Shown here: in pieces, positions 27,305-36,595 of the stretch
Numbering within the stretch: the stretch's first letter is position 1
Layout of the letters: each line of letters starts with the position of its first letter
Origin: an uncultured Gemmatimonadales bacterium
Lineage (GTDB): Bacteria > Gemmatimonadota > Gemmatimonadetes > Longimicrobiales > RSA9
Reading direction: 5' to 3'
Length of the DNA stretch: 64,000 nt
Assembly: GCA_963798845.1 (NCBI GenBank)
Contig: CAWCUS010000001.1
Coordinates: 672,001 to 736,000 of the forward strand
The notes under the pieces: model-generated
Seen by the model: the letters and a program-made list of their open reading frames with translations, nothing else
What the model was told of the DNA's origin: nothing
The model's database searches: none
Made by a program: the position numbers and the translations under genes

Positions 27305-28396
27305 CTACCCGGCACGCTTCGCCCGTGCGGGCCGCCCGGAACGCAGCCACGCCTCGAGCTGCTCGGCTCGCCGCTCCTTCGTGTGCTCGGCCAGCACGCG
27401 CTCCCGCGCGGCGAGGCCGATGGCGCGCCGGTCGTCCGGGTGCATGTCGAGCGCCGACAGCACGTCATCCGGGCCATCGGGAAGCAGGATCTCGCGCCCG
27501 GGGGCGAACAGCTCGTCGAGCCCCTCCCACCGGTCGGAGAGCATGGGCGCGCCGCACGCCGCGGCTTCAAACAGCCGTACGGAGGGCGACCACCCGGCCC
27601 GCTTCATATCGGCCCGCGTCAGATTGAGCTGCCACAGAGAGCTGGCGTAGAACGACGCGTGGCGCCCGGGCGGGACGTGGTCGATGTGTCGGACGTTCTC
27701 GGGCCAGCTCCCGGCCGCAGGATACTGCGGCCCGGCCACGAGGAACCGCCCGCCTCCTCGCCGCCGAGCCGGCTCCAGCAGCAGCCGCTCCATTCCCGGG
27801 GCCCGGTCCTGGCTGTACGTCCCCATGTACGCCAGGTCCGCGGCCAGCTTCGGGTCCGGCGCCACCGGCCGGTAGCGCTCGGTGTCGACGGAGCAGAAGA
27901 GCGGCTTCGCGTCAGCCGCTCGCAGCTCGCCTTCCAGGACCTCGGAGAGGAACGGCCCACCGGTGAAGGAGAAGTAGCGAGTGAAGAGCGGCACCTGGTC
28001 CGGCCGCAGCGACACCGGCTCGCCTCCCCGCAGCTGCCCCACGGTGACCGGCGTGTCGATGTCGTAGAAGAAGAGCGGCTCGACGCCCGCGCCGGCCAGG
28101 TCGTCGATGACCCGCGGCCCCTCGTGCACGTACGACCCGACCAGAGCCGCGTCCGCCTCGCGCGCTTCGGCGATCACCCGCCCGCGGACGGCGTCCCACG
28201 AGGGATAGAGATCCAGGCGGCAGAAGTCGGGGTCCGGGAGGTCGCGGTGCTCTCCCCGGTACCAGGGCGCATCCCACTCGTGAAAGGTGACATCGTGGCC
28301 CCGGGCCGCGAACGCGCGCAGAAGCGCACGGTAGGTGGTCGCGTGGCCGTTCCCCCAGCTGGAGCTCAGCGACAGCCCCACCACCACGAGCTTCAA
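27305..28396 (-). CDS. CgeB-family glycosyltransferase
   Basis: GLSLSSSWGNGHATTYR, YDIDTP, YMGTYSQDR, SPSVRLFEAAACG; TTG start overlapping the upstream stop. Confidence 0.87.
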   Translation of the reverse strand: MKLVVVGLSLSSSWGNGHATTYRALLRAFAARGHDVTFHEWDAPWYRGEHRDLPDPDFCRLDLYPSWDAVRGRVIAEAREADAALVGSYVHEGPRVIDDLAGAGVEPLFFYDIDTPVTVGQLRGGEPVSLRPDQVPLFTRYFSFTGGPFLSEVLEGELRAADAKPLFCSVDTERYRPVAPDPKLAADLAYMGTYSQDRAPGMERLLLEPARRRGGGRFLVAGPQYPAAGSWPENVRHIDHVPPGRHASFYASSLWQLNLTRADMKRAGWSPSVRLFEAAACGAPMLSDRWEGLDELFAPGREILLPDGPDDVLSALDMHPDDRRAIGLAARERVLAEHTKERRAEQLEAWLRSGRPARAKRAG

Positions 28397-29553
28397 GCCG
28401 CGGCTCCACGGAGGACGGCGTCCACCTCTTCGGCGCGGCTGGCGTACGTGTGATCGCGGAGCGCACGGCGCCGCGCGGCCTGCCCGATCTCCCTCGCCCG
28501 CTCCGGCTGGACCTCGCGCACCAGCTCCGCCAGCGCGTCCGGATCGCGAGCCACCAGGATCTCGCGATCGGGCGCGAAGAACTCCTCGATCCCCGTCCAT
28601 GCGTCGCTCACCTGGCACGCCGCGGCGCCCGCGGCCTCGAACATCCGGGTGGCGGGCGAGTAGCCGTTCTCCACCATCGACTCCCGGTGGATGTTGAGCA
28701 CCAGCCGGGCCGCCCCGTTCAGCTCGTTGTGCCTCGCCGTGGGAACGTGGCCGAGGTGCTCCACGTTGGGCGGCATGGCGCGGTCGTCCCAGCCGTTGCC
28801 ACCCAGCGCGAACGCGTGGTCCGGGCACGCCGCGGCCACATCGAAGAAGAACGCGTCCACCCGGGCCTCCCGGTCCGGCAGCCGGTTGCCCATGAAGAAC
28901 GCGTCCCAGCGCGGCGGCCCGCCGCTCCGCTCCGGGTAGTGCTCCGCCGGGTCGAGTCCGTTGTAGATGGGCGTGCAGCCACGCGCCCCGAGCCGCTCGT
29001 ACGCTTCCACCACGGGAGGACCGCCGCCGTACGTGAAGACGTGGTCGAAGCGGGCGAGGTCCCGGTGGAACGGGTCCCCCGGGTCGCAGCGAAGCCGGGT
29101 CAGCGTGGCGGGCGCATCCACGTCCCAGAACGCCGTCCTGGCGACGCCGGGCGCCGTCTCAGCGCCCCGCCCCGGCCGGCCCGGGCTCCCCGGCACCGCG
29201 GAGCCGCCAGCGGCCACGCCGGCCCGCGCGGCTGCCCGTCCGCCCGCGGAGATGGCGCGCTCCAGCTCGCGGTCCCACACGCCCACGCCGCTGCACTTGA
29301 TGACCCAGTCGCTCTCGCGCAGCGCCGCCCCGACGAGCCGGTCCCGCTGCTCGGCGCTGTCGTACACGACCACGCGGGCATACTCGGGATCCTCTTCCAG
29401 GTCCCGGTTCGCCTGCCGGTCGAACGCGTCCGGCTCGCAGAACGTGATGTCGAAGCCGCGCTCCGCCAGGGCGCGGAGCAGCCCCCGGTAGTAGGTCGCT
29501 GCGCCGTTCCAGTAGGCCGACACGAGCGACGACCCGAAGAATGTGAGCTTCAT
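28393..29553 (-). CDS. CgeB-family glycosyltransferase
   Basis: FFGSSLVSAYWNGAATYYRG, FWDVDAP, GNRLPDREARV, SPATRMFEAAGA. Confidence 0.88.
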   Translation of the reverse strand: MKLTFFGSSLVSAYWNGAATYYRGLLRALAERGFDITFCEPDAFDRQANRDLEEDPEYARVVVYDSAEQRDRLVGAALRESDWVIKCSGVGVWDRELERAISAGGRAAARAGVAAGGSAVPGSPGRPGRGAETAPGVARTAFWDVDAPATLTRLRCDPGDPFHRDLARFDHVFTYGGGPPVVEAYERLGARGCTPIYNGLDPAEHYPERSGGPPRWDAFFMGNRLPDREARVDAFFFDVAAACPDHAFALGGNGWDDRAMPPNVEHLGHVPTARHNELNGAARLVLNIHRESMVENGYSPATRMFEAAGAAACQVSDAWTGIEEFFAPDREILVARDPDALAELVREVQPERAREIGQAARRRALRDHTYASRAEEVDAVLRGAAA

Positions 29554-29566
29554 CGCCTGCTCCGCT

Positions 29567-30691
29567 CTAGGATGCCGCGTTCAGGGTGGCCGCCCGGGGG
29601 CGATGACGGCCGCCATGGTCCGTGATCTCCCGGTAGAGCGCCTCGTAGCGGTCCACCATGCGAGCGGCGGTGTAGTCGCTGCGCGCCCGGATCCGGGCCT
29701 GCCACGCCTGCTCGTTCAGCTGCTGCGGGTCCTCGAGCAGGTTCCGCAGCCGGACGGCCAGGTCGGCCGCGCTGCCCGGCTCGAAGAACGAGGCCGCGTC
29801 CGTCCACAGCTCCCGGAAGGAGCCAATGCCGCTCAGCAGCAGGGCACACCCGTGCGCCGCCGCCTCGAGCGGAGTGAGCCCGAACGGCTCGTAGAGCGAC
29901 GCTCCAATGTAGACGCGGGTGTTCTGATAGAACCGGTCCATGGCGCTGCCGGGCACCTCCCCGTGTGCCACCAGACGGTGGACCCGGGCAATCTCCCCCG
30001 CCGGCCCTTCCAGCGGGCCGACGAGGTGGATGGACGGAGCATCCTCGCCCATGTGCTCCAGCGCCTCCTCGACCACCGACACGCCCTTCGCTTCATCCCA
30101 GGCGCGGCCTGCCAGGAGCACCAGCGGACGTTGCGCCGCCCGGACCTCCTCCGGGGGGACGGGCGGCGGCTCGATGCCGTTGTGGATCACCCGCGCCGCC
30201 GTCCGGCCGTAGTGCTGCGCCAGCCGGCCCGACTGGTACGCCGTAGGCGCCACCACGGCCGCCGCCGCGTGCAGCCCGGCGCGCACGATGTCACTGTAGG
30301 CGTCCCACCCGGCGGGCGGCTCCACGCCGCGCACGTCCGCGTACCAGGAGCGCACGTCGCTGTGCGCGACCACCAGCACGGGAGCAGCGTACCGCCCGCG
30401 CGCGTAGGCGAACTGGTTGAGGTGGATGACGTCCGGACCCCACGCCACGGCAAGGCGCTCGAGCCATTCGGTGCCCCGCTCGAGGTCCTGGGCCGCGCCC
30501 GGCATCCACTCCAGCGCCAGGTCACGGGTCGCCACACCCACTTCCGGCGGAAGCGAACTCGCGCGCTCATCCGAGAGCGATCCGAAGACGGCGAGCATGA
30601 TCTCGTGCCCGCGCTCCACCAGCTCTCTCAGCAGCGTTTGGCTGTACTGCCAGACGCCGCCGACCGTGTCCGTCGTGAGCAGGATCCTCAT
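29567..30691 (-). CDS. GT4 family glycosyltransferase
   Basis: MRILLTTDTVGGVWQY, GRAWDEAKG, YEPFGLTPLEAA. Confidence 0.88.
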   Translation of the reverse strand: MRILLTTDTVGGVWQYSQTLLRELVERGHEIMLAVFGSLSDERASSLPPEVGVATRDLALEWMPGAAQDLERGTEWLERLAVAWGPDVIHLNQFAYARGRYAAPVLVVAHSDVRSWYADVRGVEPPAGWDAYSDIVRAGLHAAAAVVAPTAYQSGRLAQHYGRTAARVIHNGIEPPPVPPEEVRAAQRPLVLLAGRAWDEAKGVSVVEEALEHMGEDAPSIHLVGPLEGPAGEIARVHRLVAHGEVPGSAMDRFYQNTRVYIGASLYEPFGLTPLEAAAHGCALLLSGIGSFRELWTDAASFFEPGSAADLAVRLRNLLEDPQQLNEQAWQARIRARSDYTAARMVDRYEALYREITDHGGRHRPRAATLNAAS

Positions 30692-31845
30692 CGTCCGTAT
30701 ATGCGGTCCAACACCTCCGCGACGGTGACCAGCTCCTCCGCCGCGTCGTCGAACGATACATCTTCCCACATCCGGCGCGCCCACGCCAGCGCGGCCCGGC
30801 CGCCCCACGCGTCCGGCGGCTCGATCAGCGTCTCCGCAACTGTTCCATGGTACAGCTCGGCACGGAAATCGTAAAACGAGCCGTCAACATTGAGCACCGC
30901 CGCGCCGCCTTCCGTTCCGTGGAAGCGCGCTTCGATGACCGCGTCCCGCCCGGCGTGCAGGTTCCATGAGCAGGTGAGTCGAGCGGTGCGCCCGCCTTCC
31001 AGGTCGAGCCGGATATCGGCGTAGTCCTCCACGGGTGGCGCCGCCCGGCCACCGGTGACCGCTCCGGCGCCGGCATCCGCCGCTCCGGCGCCGGCATCCG
31101 CCGCTCCGGCGCCGGCATCCGCCGCTCCGGCGCCGGCATCCGCCGCATCGCTGCCGGCATCCGCCGCGGCGTCCAGCCGCCGTCCGCCCGCGAAGAGCGC
31201 AGCCGCGACCCGCTCCACCGGGCCGCCCATCATCCACAGCGCCAGGTCCACCAGGTGGATGCCAAGGTCCATGACGCACCCGCCACCGGAGCGCGCCGGG
31301 TCGTAGAACCACTCCTTGTCCGGACCGTACGCGTTGTGGAACTTCAGCTCCGCAGCGTAAACGTCGCCGATGTCGCCGGCGCCGATCCGCTCTCTCAGGG
31401 CCAGCATGGCCGCCGTCTGGCGGTACGACATGTCCACGCCGAGCAGCCGGTCCGCCGCCCGCGCCGCGTCGACCACGCCCCGGACCTCGGCGGCGGTGCG
31501 GCCCAGCGGTTTCTGGCAGAACACCGGCAGCCCGCGGTCCAGCGCCGCGCGTGCCTGCTCCGCGTGGAGCGCGCTCGGCGACGCGATCACGACGCCGTCG
31601 AGGTCGGCAGCCAGCAGGTCGGGGAGCGTCGTTCCGAACGTGGCATCCGGATAACGGCTCCGCAGCGAGGCGAGCGCCTCTTCGGATGGGTCCGCCACGG
31701 CGGCGACCGTGGCCACGCCGCGCTCCACGAGCGCATCCAGACGGCTGCGGCCGATCCACCCCACGCCGACGAAGCCGAGGGCGGGCCGTCTGGAGGACGG
31801 CCGGGGCGGGCTGGACTCGGGGTGCCTGGATGTCGTGGTCGTCAT
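30688..31845 (-). CDS. Gfo/Idh/MocA oxidoreductase
   Basis: GFVGVGWIG, VFCQKPL, SGGGCVMDLGIH. Confidence 0.9.
   Translation of the reverse strand: MTTTTSRHPESSPPRPSSRRPALGFVGVGWIGRSRLDALVERGVATVAAVADPSEEALASLRSRYPDATFGTTLPDLLAADLDGVVIASPSALHAEQARAALDRGLPVFCQKPLGRTAAEVRGVVDAARAADRLLGVDMSYRQTAAMLALRERIGAGDIGDVYAAELKFHNAYGPDKEWFYDPARSGGGCVMDLGIHLVDLALWMMGGPVERVAAALFAGGRRLDAAADAGSDAADAGAGAADAGAGAADAGAGAADAGAGAVTGGRAAPPVEDYADIRLDLEGGRTARLTCSWNLHAGRDAVIEARFHGTEGGAAVLNVDGSFYDFRAELYHGTVAETLIEPPDAWGGRAALAWARRMWEDVSFDDAAEELVTVAEVLDRIYGR
31059..31163 (-). repeat. Coding 21-bp tandem repeat, 4 perfect plus 1 variant (AADAGAG)
   Basis: CCGCTCCGGCGCCGGCATCCG x4 on the + strand, in frame within the oxidoreductase. 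Confidence 0.93.
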
Positions 31846-32825
31846 GGGCGGACGATGGCCTTGAGGAACCCGTCCGGTCGGTCGCGCGTGGCGTTCAGCG
31901 CATCGCCCAGCCGCTCCAGCGGGAACGCGTGTGTGATGAGCGGCTCCGGGTCCAGCCGCCCGTCCACCGTGGCCTCCACCGCCTGGCGGACTCCGCCCAG
32001 GTACTGCGCGGGATCGCGCTCATGGGCGTTGATCACGTCCAGCCCCCGCCAGTTCCAGAGCTGCATGTCCACCTGCCGGGGCCCATCCTGGTGGTAGCCC
32101 GCGATGATCAGGCGGCCCCGGACCCGGGTCAGCCGCGCGGCCAGGTCCAGCGGTGCCTGCTTGCCCGTGGCCTCCACCACCACGTCGCACAGCGCGCCTC
32201 CCGTCTCCTCCTCCACGGCCGCCACGGCAGAGTCCGGGGCCGACGCGTCCAGCGTCCGGAACGCGCCCACGCGCTCGGCCACGTCCCTGGCGTACTGCCG
32301 CCTCGAGATCCCGATGACGCGCGCGCCCACGGATACCGCGAGCTGCGTCACCAGCGCACCCAGGAATCCGACTCCCACCACCGCCACGGTGCGACCCTCC
32401 TCGATGCCACTGCGCTGGAACACGTTCATGGCGCACCCCAGCGGCTCGCCCGGGAAAGGCAGCGCGTCCAGCTCGGGAGGGAGTGGCACGACATCGGCCG
32501 CCGGCACGGTGATCTCACCTGCGAACGCGTGGTCTCCAAGCGTCGCCACACGATCGCCTTTCCGCACGATCCGCACCTCGCGGCCCACGGCGACCACCAC
32601 GCCCCAACCCTCGTGTCCGGGCTTCCCGGGCTCGAACGGGTAGTCGAACCACGGCGCACCTTCCCATGGGGCCAGGTTCGAGCCGCACACACCGCACCCC
32701 TCGAGCCGGATCACCACGTCCCGCGGGCCCGGAGCCGGGAGCACGACGTCCTCCATCTCGACTCGCCCCGGCTCCACCAGCACCGCCGCACGCGTCACCG
32801 ATGGCGCAGACCGCTCCATCTTCAT
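31842..32825 (-). CDS. Zinc-binding alcohol dehydrogenase (MDR) family protein
   Basis: CGVCGSN, GHEGWG, EPLGCA, GVGFLG, VEATG; alternative GTG start at 32843. Confidence 0.88.
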   Translation of the reverse strand: MKMERSAPSVTRAAVLVEPGRVEMEDVVLPAPGPRDVVIRLEGCGVCGSNLAPWEGAPWFDYPFEPGKPGHEGWGVVVAVGREVRIVRKGDRVATLGDHAFAGEITVPAADVVPLPPELDALPFPGEPLGCAMNVFQRSGIEEGRTVAVVGVGFLGALVTQLAVSVGARVIGISRRQYARDVAERVGAFRTLDASAPDSAVAAVEEETGGALCDVVVEATGKQAPLDLAARLTRVRGRLIIAGYHQDGPRQVDMQLWNWRGLDVINAHERDPAQYLGGVRQAVEATVDGRLDPEPLITHAFPLERLGDALNATRDRPDGFLKAIVRP

Positions 32826-32839
32826 GGCGACACCCGCCC

Positions 32840-33916
32840 TCACGACACCGCCTTCAGACGCCCCGTCCGCCGCAATGCCGGCGCCCGCGGCGCGTCGGAG
32901 GCCTCCGACGACTCCAGCCACGCCACCAGCCGCTCCAGCCCCTCGTTGACGCTCACCCGGGGCCGCCATCCGAGCCGGTTACGGATCTTGTGCGTGTCCG
33001 ACACGTAGACGCGCTGGTCGCCCGGGCGCCAGGCTGCCGTGCGGAGCGGGACCTGCCGGCCCGTGATCTGCCCGAGGCGATCCACGACTTCGCGCACCGA
33101 AACGGCGTTCCTCGGTCCGCCGCCCACGTTGAAGATCTCCCCCGCCGTAGTGTCGGCGCGGTCGAGGGCTGAGCGCATGGCCCGGACCAGATCTCCCACC
33201 CAGAGCACGTCCCGGACCTGGTCCCCATCACCGTAGATGGTGATCGGCTCGTCACCCAGGATCGCGCGCGCGAAGTGCGCCACCCACCCCTGGTCTTCCG
33301 TCCCCCACTGACGGTGACCGAAGATGCAGCTCATGCGGAAGACCACGGTGGGCACGTCATAGATGCGCGCGTAGTCTCGGACGTACTGGTCGGCCGCGCC
33401 CTTGGAGCAGCCGTACGGAGAGTGGAAGTCCAGCGGGGCGTCCTCGCCCACGCCCTTGCGCCCGCCCGCGAAGATGTAGCGGTCGCCGTCGTGTTCGACG
33501 CCGAACCCCTCCAGCGCGCCGTAGACCTTGTTCGTGGACGTGAACAGGATGGCCGGCGGCCGCTCCATCTTCCGGGCGGCTTCCAGGATGTTGAACGTCC
33601 CGCCCAGGTTCGTCCGGAAGTCCTCGACCGGGTCTTCCAGCGAGGTGGTCACGGCCACCTGCGCGGCCAGGTGGAAGACGCGGCGGGCGCCGCGCACCAG
33701 CCGTTCCACCAGATCCGAGTCGCCCACGTCCCCCACTTCCAGCCGGGCGGCGCCGTCGTAGCGGCGTTTCAGCCATTCCGCGTTCCGGACCACACCCGGC
33801 CGCGACAGGTTGTCGAGGAGCACGACATCCTCACCATCCCGCAGGTGCGCGTCGGCCAGGTTCGAGCCGATGAAGCCGGCACCACCCGTGATCAACGTGT
33901 ATCCTTTCCCGTTCAT
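32840..33916 (-). CDS. NAD-dependent epimerase/dehydratase (CDP-paratose 2-epimerase-like)
   Basis: TGGAGFIG, HLAAQVAVTTS, STNKVYG, PYGCSK, EDQGWVAHF. Confidence 0.9.
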   Translation of the reverse strand: MNGKGYTLITGGAGFIGSNLADAHLRDGEDVVLLDNLSRPGVVRNAEWLKRRYDGAARLEVGDVGDSDLVERLVRGARRVFHLAAQVAVTTSLEDPVEDFRTNLGGTFNILEAARKMERPPAILFTSTNKVYGALEGFGVEHDGDRYIFAGGRKGVGEDAPLDFHSPYGCSKGAADQYVRDYARIYDVPTVVFRMSCIFGHRQWGTEDQGWVAHFARAILGDEPITIYGDGDQVRDVLWVGDLVRAMRSALDRADTTAGEIFNVGGGPRNAVSVREVVDRLGQITGRQVPLRTAAWRPGDQRVYVSDTHKIRNRLGWRPRVSVNEGLERLVAWLESSEASDAPRAPALRRTGRLKAVS

Positions 33917-33925
33917 GCTTTCCTC

Positions 33926-35050
33926 TCAGAATGCGAGACCGCGAGCGGCCAGGTCGGCCACGTGCTCGCCCGCCTTCGACTGGGGAGGCTCCTGCTCCCG
34001 CAGCCATCCCATCAGCTCCGTCATCCCTTCCTCCAGCGACACCTGCGGGGCGTAGCCGAGCAGCTCCCTGGCCCGCGTGATGTCCGCCGTGCAGTGGCGG
34101 ACATCGCCCACGCGGTAACGGCCCGTGACCTCCGGCTCGATGTCCACGTCCAGTACATCTGCCAGCATCCGAGCCACCCCCAGGATCGTGACCGGGGAGC
34201 CCGAGCCGACGTTCAGCACCTCACCAACCGCCTCCTCCCGCTCCGCCGCCAGCAGGAGCGCCCGCACGATGTCGTGAACGGAGACGAAGTCCCGCTGCTG
34301 GGCTCCGTCCTCGTAGATCAGCGGGGGCTCGCCGTTCAGCAGCCGCGACGAGAAGATCGCCACCACGCCGGTATACGGGTTGGACAGGGCCTGGCGGGGC
34401 CCGTAGATGTTGAAGAAGCGGAGCGCCGTGACGGGGATGTCGTACGCCTCGCCGATGATCAGCGACGCCTGCTCCTGGTCCTTCTTGGTGAGCGCGTAGA
34501 TCGAGGTGGGGTCCAGCGGCTTTCCCTCATCCGTAGGCACGGGGTAGAGCTCCGTGCCGTCCGCGTCGCGCAGCTCCCACCGGTGCCGCTTCAGCTCCTC
34601 GGGCCGCCGACGGCGGGTCAGCGGCTCGCGCCCGTCCGGCCGGCGGTAGCGGCCTTCCCCGTAGATCGACATGGAGCTGGCCACCACGAGCCGCGGATCC
34701 AACTTCCGGTCCACCAGCGTCTGGAGCAGGTTGGCGGTACCCTGGGTGTTCGTCTCCGTGTAGTCCGCCACCTGGTACATGGACTGTCCGACCCCCACCG
34801 CCGCGGCCAGGTGGTAGACGACCTCGACGCCGCCGTCCAGCGCAGCTTCCCAGGCCGAGCGGTCCCGCACGTCCCCTCGAACCAGCTCCGCGTCCGGCGA
34901 CAGCCAGGCAGGCGGCTGCCGGTCGGGCCCGTGCACCTGCGGGTCCAGGCTGTCCAGCACGCGCACTCGATCGCCTCGCGCCACCAGCGCGTCCACCAGG
35001 TGGCTGCCGACGAACCCGGCGCCTCCCGTGACCAGCACGTGCCGGCTCAC
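33926..35050 (-). CDS. NAD-dependent epimerase/dehydratase (extended SDR)
   Basis: TGGAGFVG, AVGVGQSMY, SSMSIYGEG, YALTK, NPYTGV; GTGA overlap. Confidence 0.9.
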   Translation of the reverse strand: MSRHVLVTGGAGFVGSHLVDALVARGDRVRVLDSLDPQVHGPDRQPPAWLSPDAELVRGDVRDRSAWEAALDGGVEVVYHLAAAVGVGQSMYQVADYTETNTQGTANLLQTLVDRKLDPRLVVASSMSIYGEGRYRRPDGREPLTRRRRPEELKRHRWELRDADGTELYPVPTDEGKPLDPTSIYALTKKDQEQASLIIGEAYDIPVTALRFFNIYGPRQALSNPYTGVVAIFSSRLLNGEPPLIYEDGAQQRDFVSVHDIVRALLLAAEREEAVGEVLNVGSGSPVTILGVARMLADVLDVDIEPEVTGRYRVGDVRHCTADITRARELLGYAPQVSLEEGMTELMGWLREQEPPQSKAGEHVADLAARGLAF

Positions 35051-35853
35051 CGGAAGCCTCCCCCTAGCCGTGACGGCCCCGGCGGCTCGGCTCCGCCCGG
35101 CCCCGGCGCGCAGAAGTAGATGCCGGGGCCGGGGTGCGCCTCGATGCGGAAGTCCGCCGCGCGGAGGAGGGCGGCCGCCGCCGAGTCGTTGGCGACCCAC
35201 CAGTTCGTCGGGTCGTCCGCGTACCGGTGCTCGATGAAATGGAGACGGGGGAAGCGCGGGTCGTCGAAGACGTCGGTCTCCTCGAACGGGTAGTCGGCGG
35301 CGGGCTCCATGGTGTCGGTCTCTCCGCGCACGAGCGTCTGAAAGACCAGTCGCTCGCCGACGACCCGACGCACCCGGTCCAGCCCCAGCAGCGGATGCCG
35401 GAGGTGGTACAGGACGCCCATGAACACGACGTAGTCGAAAGTGCGCGCGAGATCGGGCACGTCGTACGCGTCCATCTCCACGAACTCGACGGCCCCGTGC
35501 CCCAGGACCTCGGCGGCATAGCGCGCCTGCGCCAGGTAGCGCGGGTTGTGGTCCACCCCGGTCACGTCCGCGCCCCGCGCGGCCAGCTGGAACGAGTAGA
35601 ACCCGGCGTTGCACCCTACATCCAGCACGCTCTTCCCCCGCATGTCCTCGGGGAACGCGGGCGAAACCGTGGCCCAGAGGTCCCTCAGGAAGTTGCCCAG
35701 CGGGTGTCCCGGCGCCGTCCGGACGCCGGAGAGGTCCAGGTCATGGAACCAGGGCCCCAGCGCCTCCACCTCGCCCCTGATCCGCTGGCGCGTCCGGGCG
35801 CTCTCCACCGCCTCCCGCCCTCCTCGTTCCACTCTCACGACATCGCCGGCCAT
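35047..35853 (-). CDS. SAM-dependent methyltransferase, TIGR04290-like
   Basis: LGPWFHDLDL.GVRTAP.H.LG, VLDVGCNAGFYS, GVLYHLRHPL, YADDPTNWW; clusters with CgeB glycosyltransferases. Confidence 0.85.
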   Translation of the reverse strand: MAGDVVRVERGGREAVESARTRQRIRGEVEALGPWFHDLDLSGVRTAPGHPLGNFLRDLWATVSPAFPEDMRGKSVLDVGCNAGFYSFQLAARGADVTGVDHNPRYLAQARYAAEVLGHGAVEFVEMDAYDVPDLARTFDYVVFMGVLYHLRHPLLGLDRVRRVVGERLVFQTLVRGETDTMEPAADYPFEETDVFDDPRFPRLHFIEHRYADDPTNWWVANDSAAAALLRAADFRIEAHPGPGIYFCAPGPGGAEPPGPSRLGGGFR

Positions 35854-36018
35854 TCGCTCCCCGTCCTCGATGAAACCGAGCCGCGACCGGGGCTGGCGGC
35901 ATCGCTCATGGACGTAAAAATGCGAGCCTCGGCCCAGCTGCCACCGTGGCTCGTTTGTTCAAAACCGCGGTGCGGCCCGCTGCGTCAGCAGCTACCGCCC
36001 GTGTGCTGAAAACCTCAA

Positions 36019-36035
36019 CGCAAAGTCTCTGCCAA
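36019..36035 (-). promoter_or_regulatory. Sigma54 (-24/-12) promoter candidate for the methyltransferase-glycosyltransferase operon
   Basis: Minus strand TTGGCAGAGACTTTGCG, GG-N10-GC, close to consensus YTGGCACGNNNTTGCW, in an AT-richer intergenic region about 165 bp upstream. Confidence 0.62.
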
Positions 36036-36154
36036 CAACGCAGAACGCGTATGTAGATGGCTGATCGGCCTGTGATTCCGGTGCAGAACGGGGCTCGCCA
36101 GGGTGCTATGATCGGCTGACGGCGGTGTGAAACGGAGGGTGTGGCCGGATGGCC

Positions 36155-36475
36155 TCAGGCGACCTGCGTGCCCTCGTGGGTGGAGGCTTCCTCGCCCGCG
36201 GCTCCGGCACCGTCACCGGCGTCGAGGTCCGTCTCCGGCTCGTCGGGGAGGACGCGGCCGTCGCTCCCGAGGTGCCGGGCTGCAACAGGGTGAAGCTCCT
36301 TGAGCTTCCCCTGGACGTGCTCGAGATGCGGGAGAATGTGCGCGCGGTAGCAGGCCGGGCAGAGATAGAAATAGCCGTGGCCGGGGCGCAGGTCAATGAA
36401 GGGGCCGAACCACAGCGTCATGAGCCCGATCATCTTTCGCGGGTTCGAGGACCCGCACCGCTGGCACAGCGGCAT
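36155..36475 (-). CDS. Small putative Zn-finger protein
   Basis: GGAGGTG RBS; CQRC...CPAC pair; acidic tail. Confidence 0.55.
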   Translation of the reverse strand: MPLCQRCGSSNPRKMIGLMTLWFGPFIDLRPGHGYFYLCPACYRAHILPHLEHVQGKLKELHPVAARHLGSDGRVLPDEPETDLDAGDGAGAAGEEASTHEGTQVA

Positions 36476-36595
36476 CGCCACACCCACCTCCCGGCGAAGG
36501 ACCATCCCTCAATTTCGCCGGTTGCTGCCCGGAGCAAAAGACTGGCGGGGCGGGCGCCGGTGGGGTCGCGGCGCGTTGGCGGCGCTTTGGCTCGC

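Noticed and set aside
35920..35937. Second sigma54-like site (CTGGGCCGAGGCTCGCAT, minus strand)
   Set aside because: Has GG-N10-GC spacing but a poor match elsewhere; likely chance in GC-rich DNA
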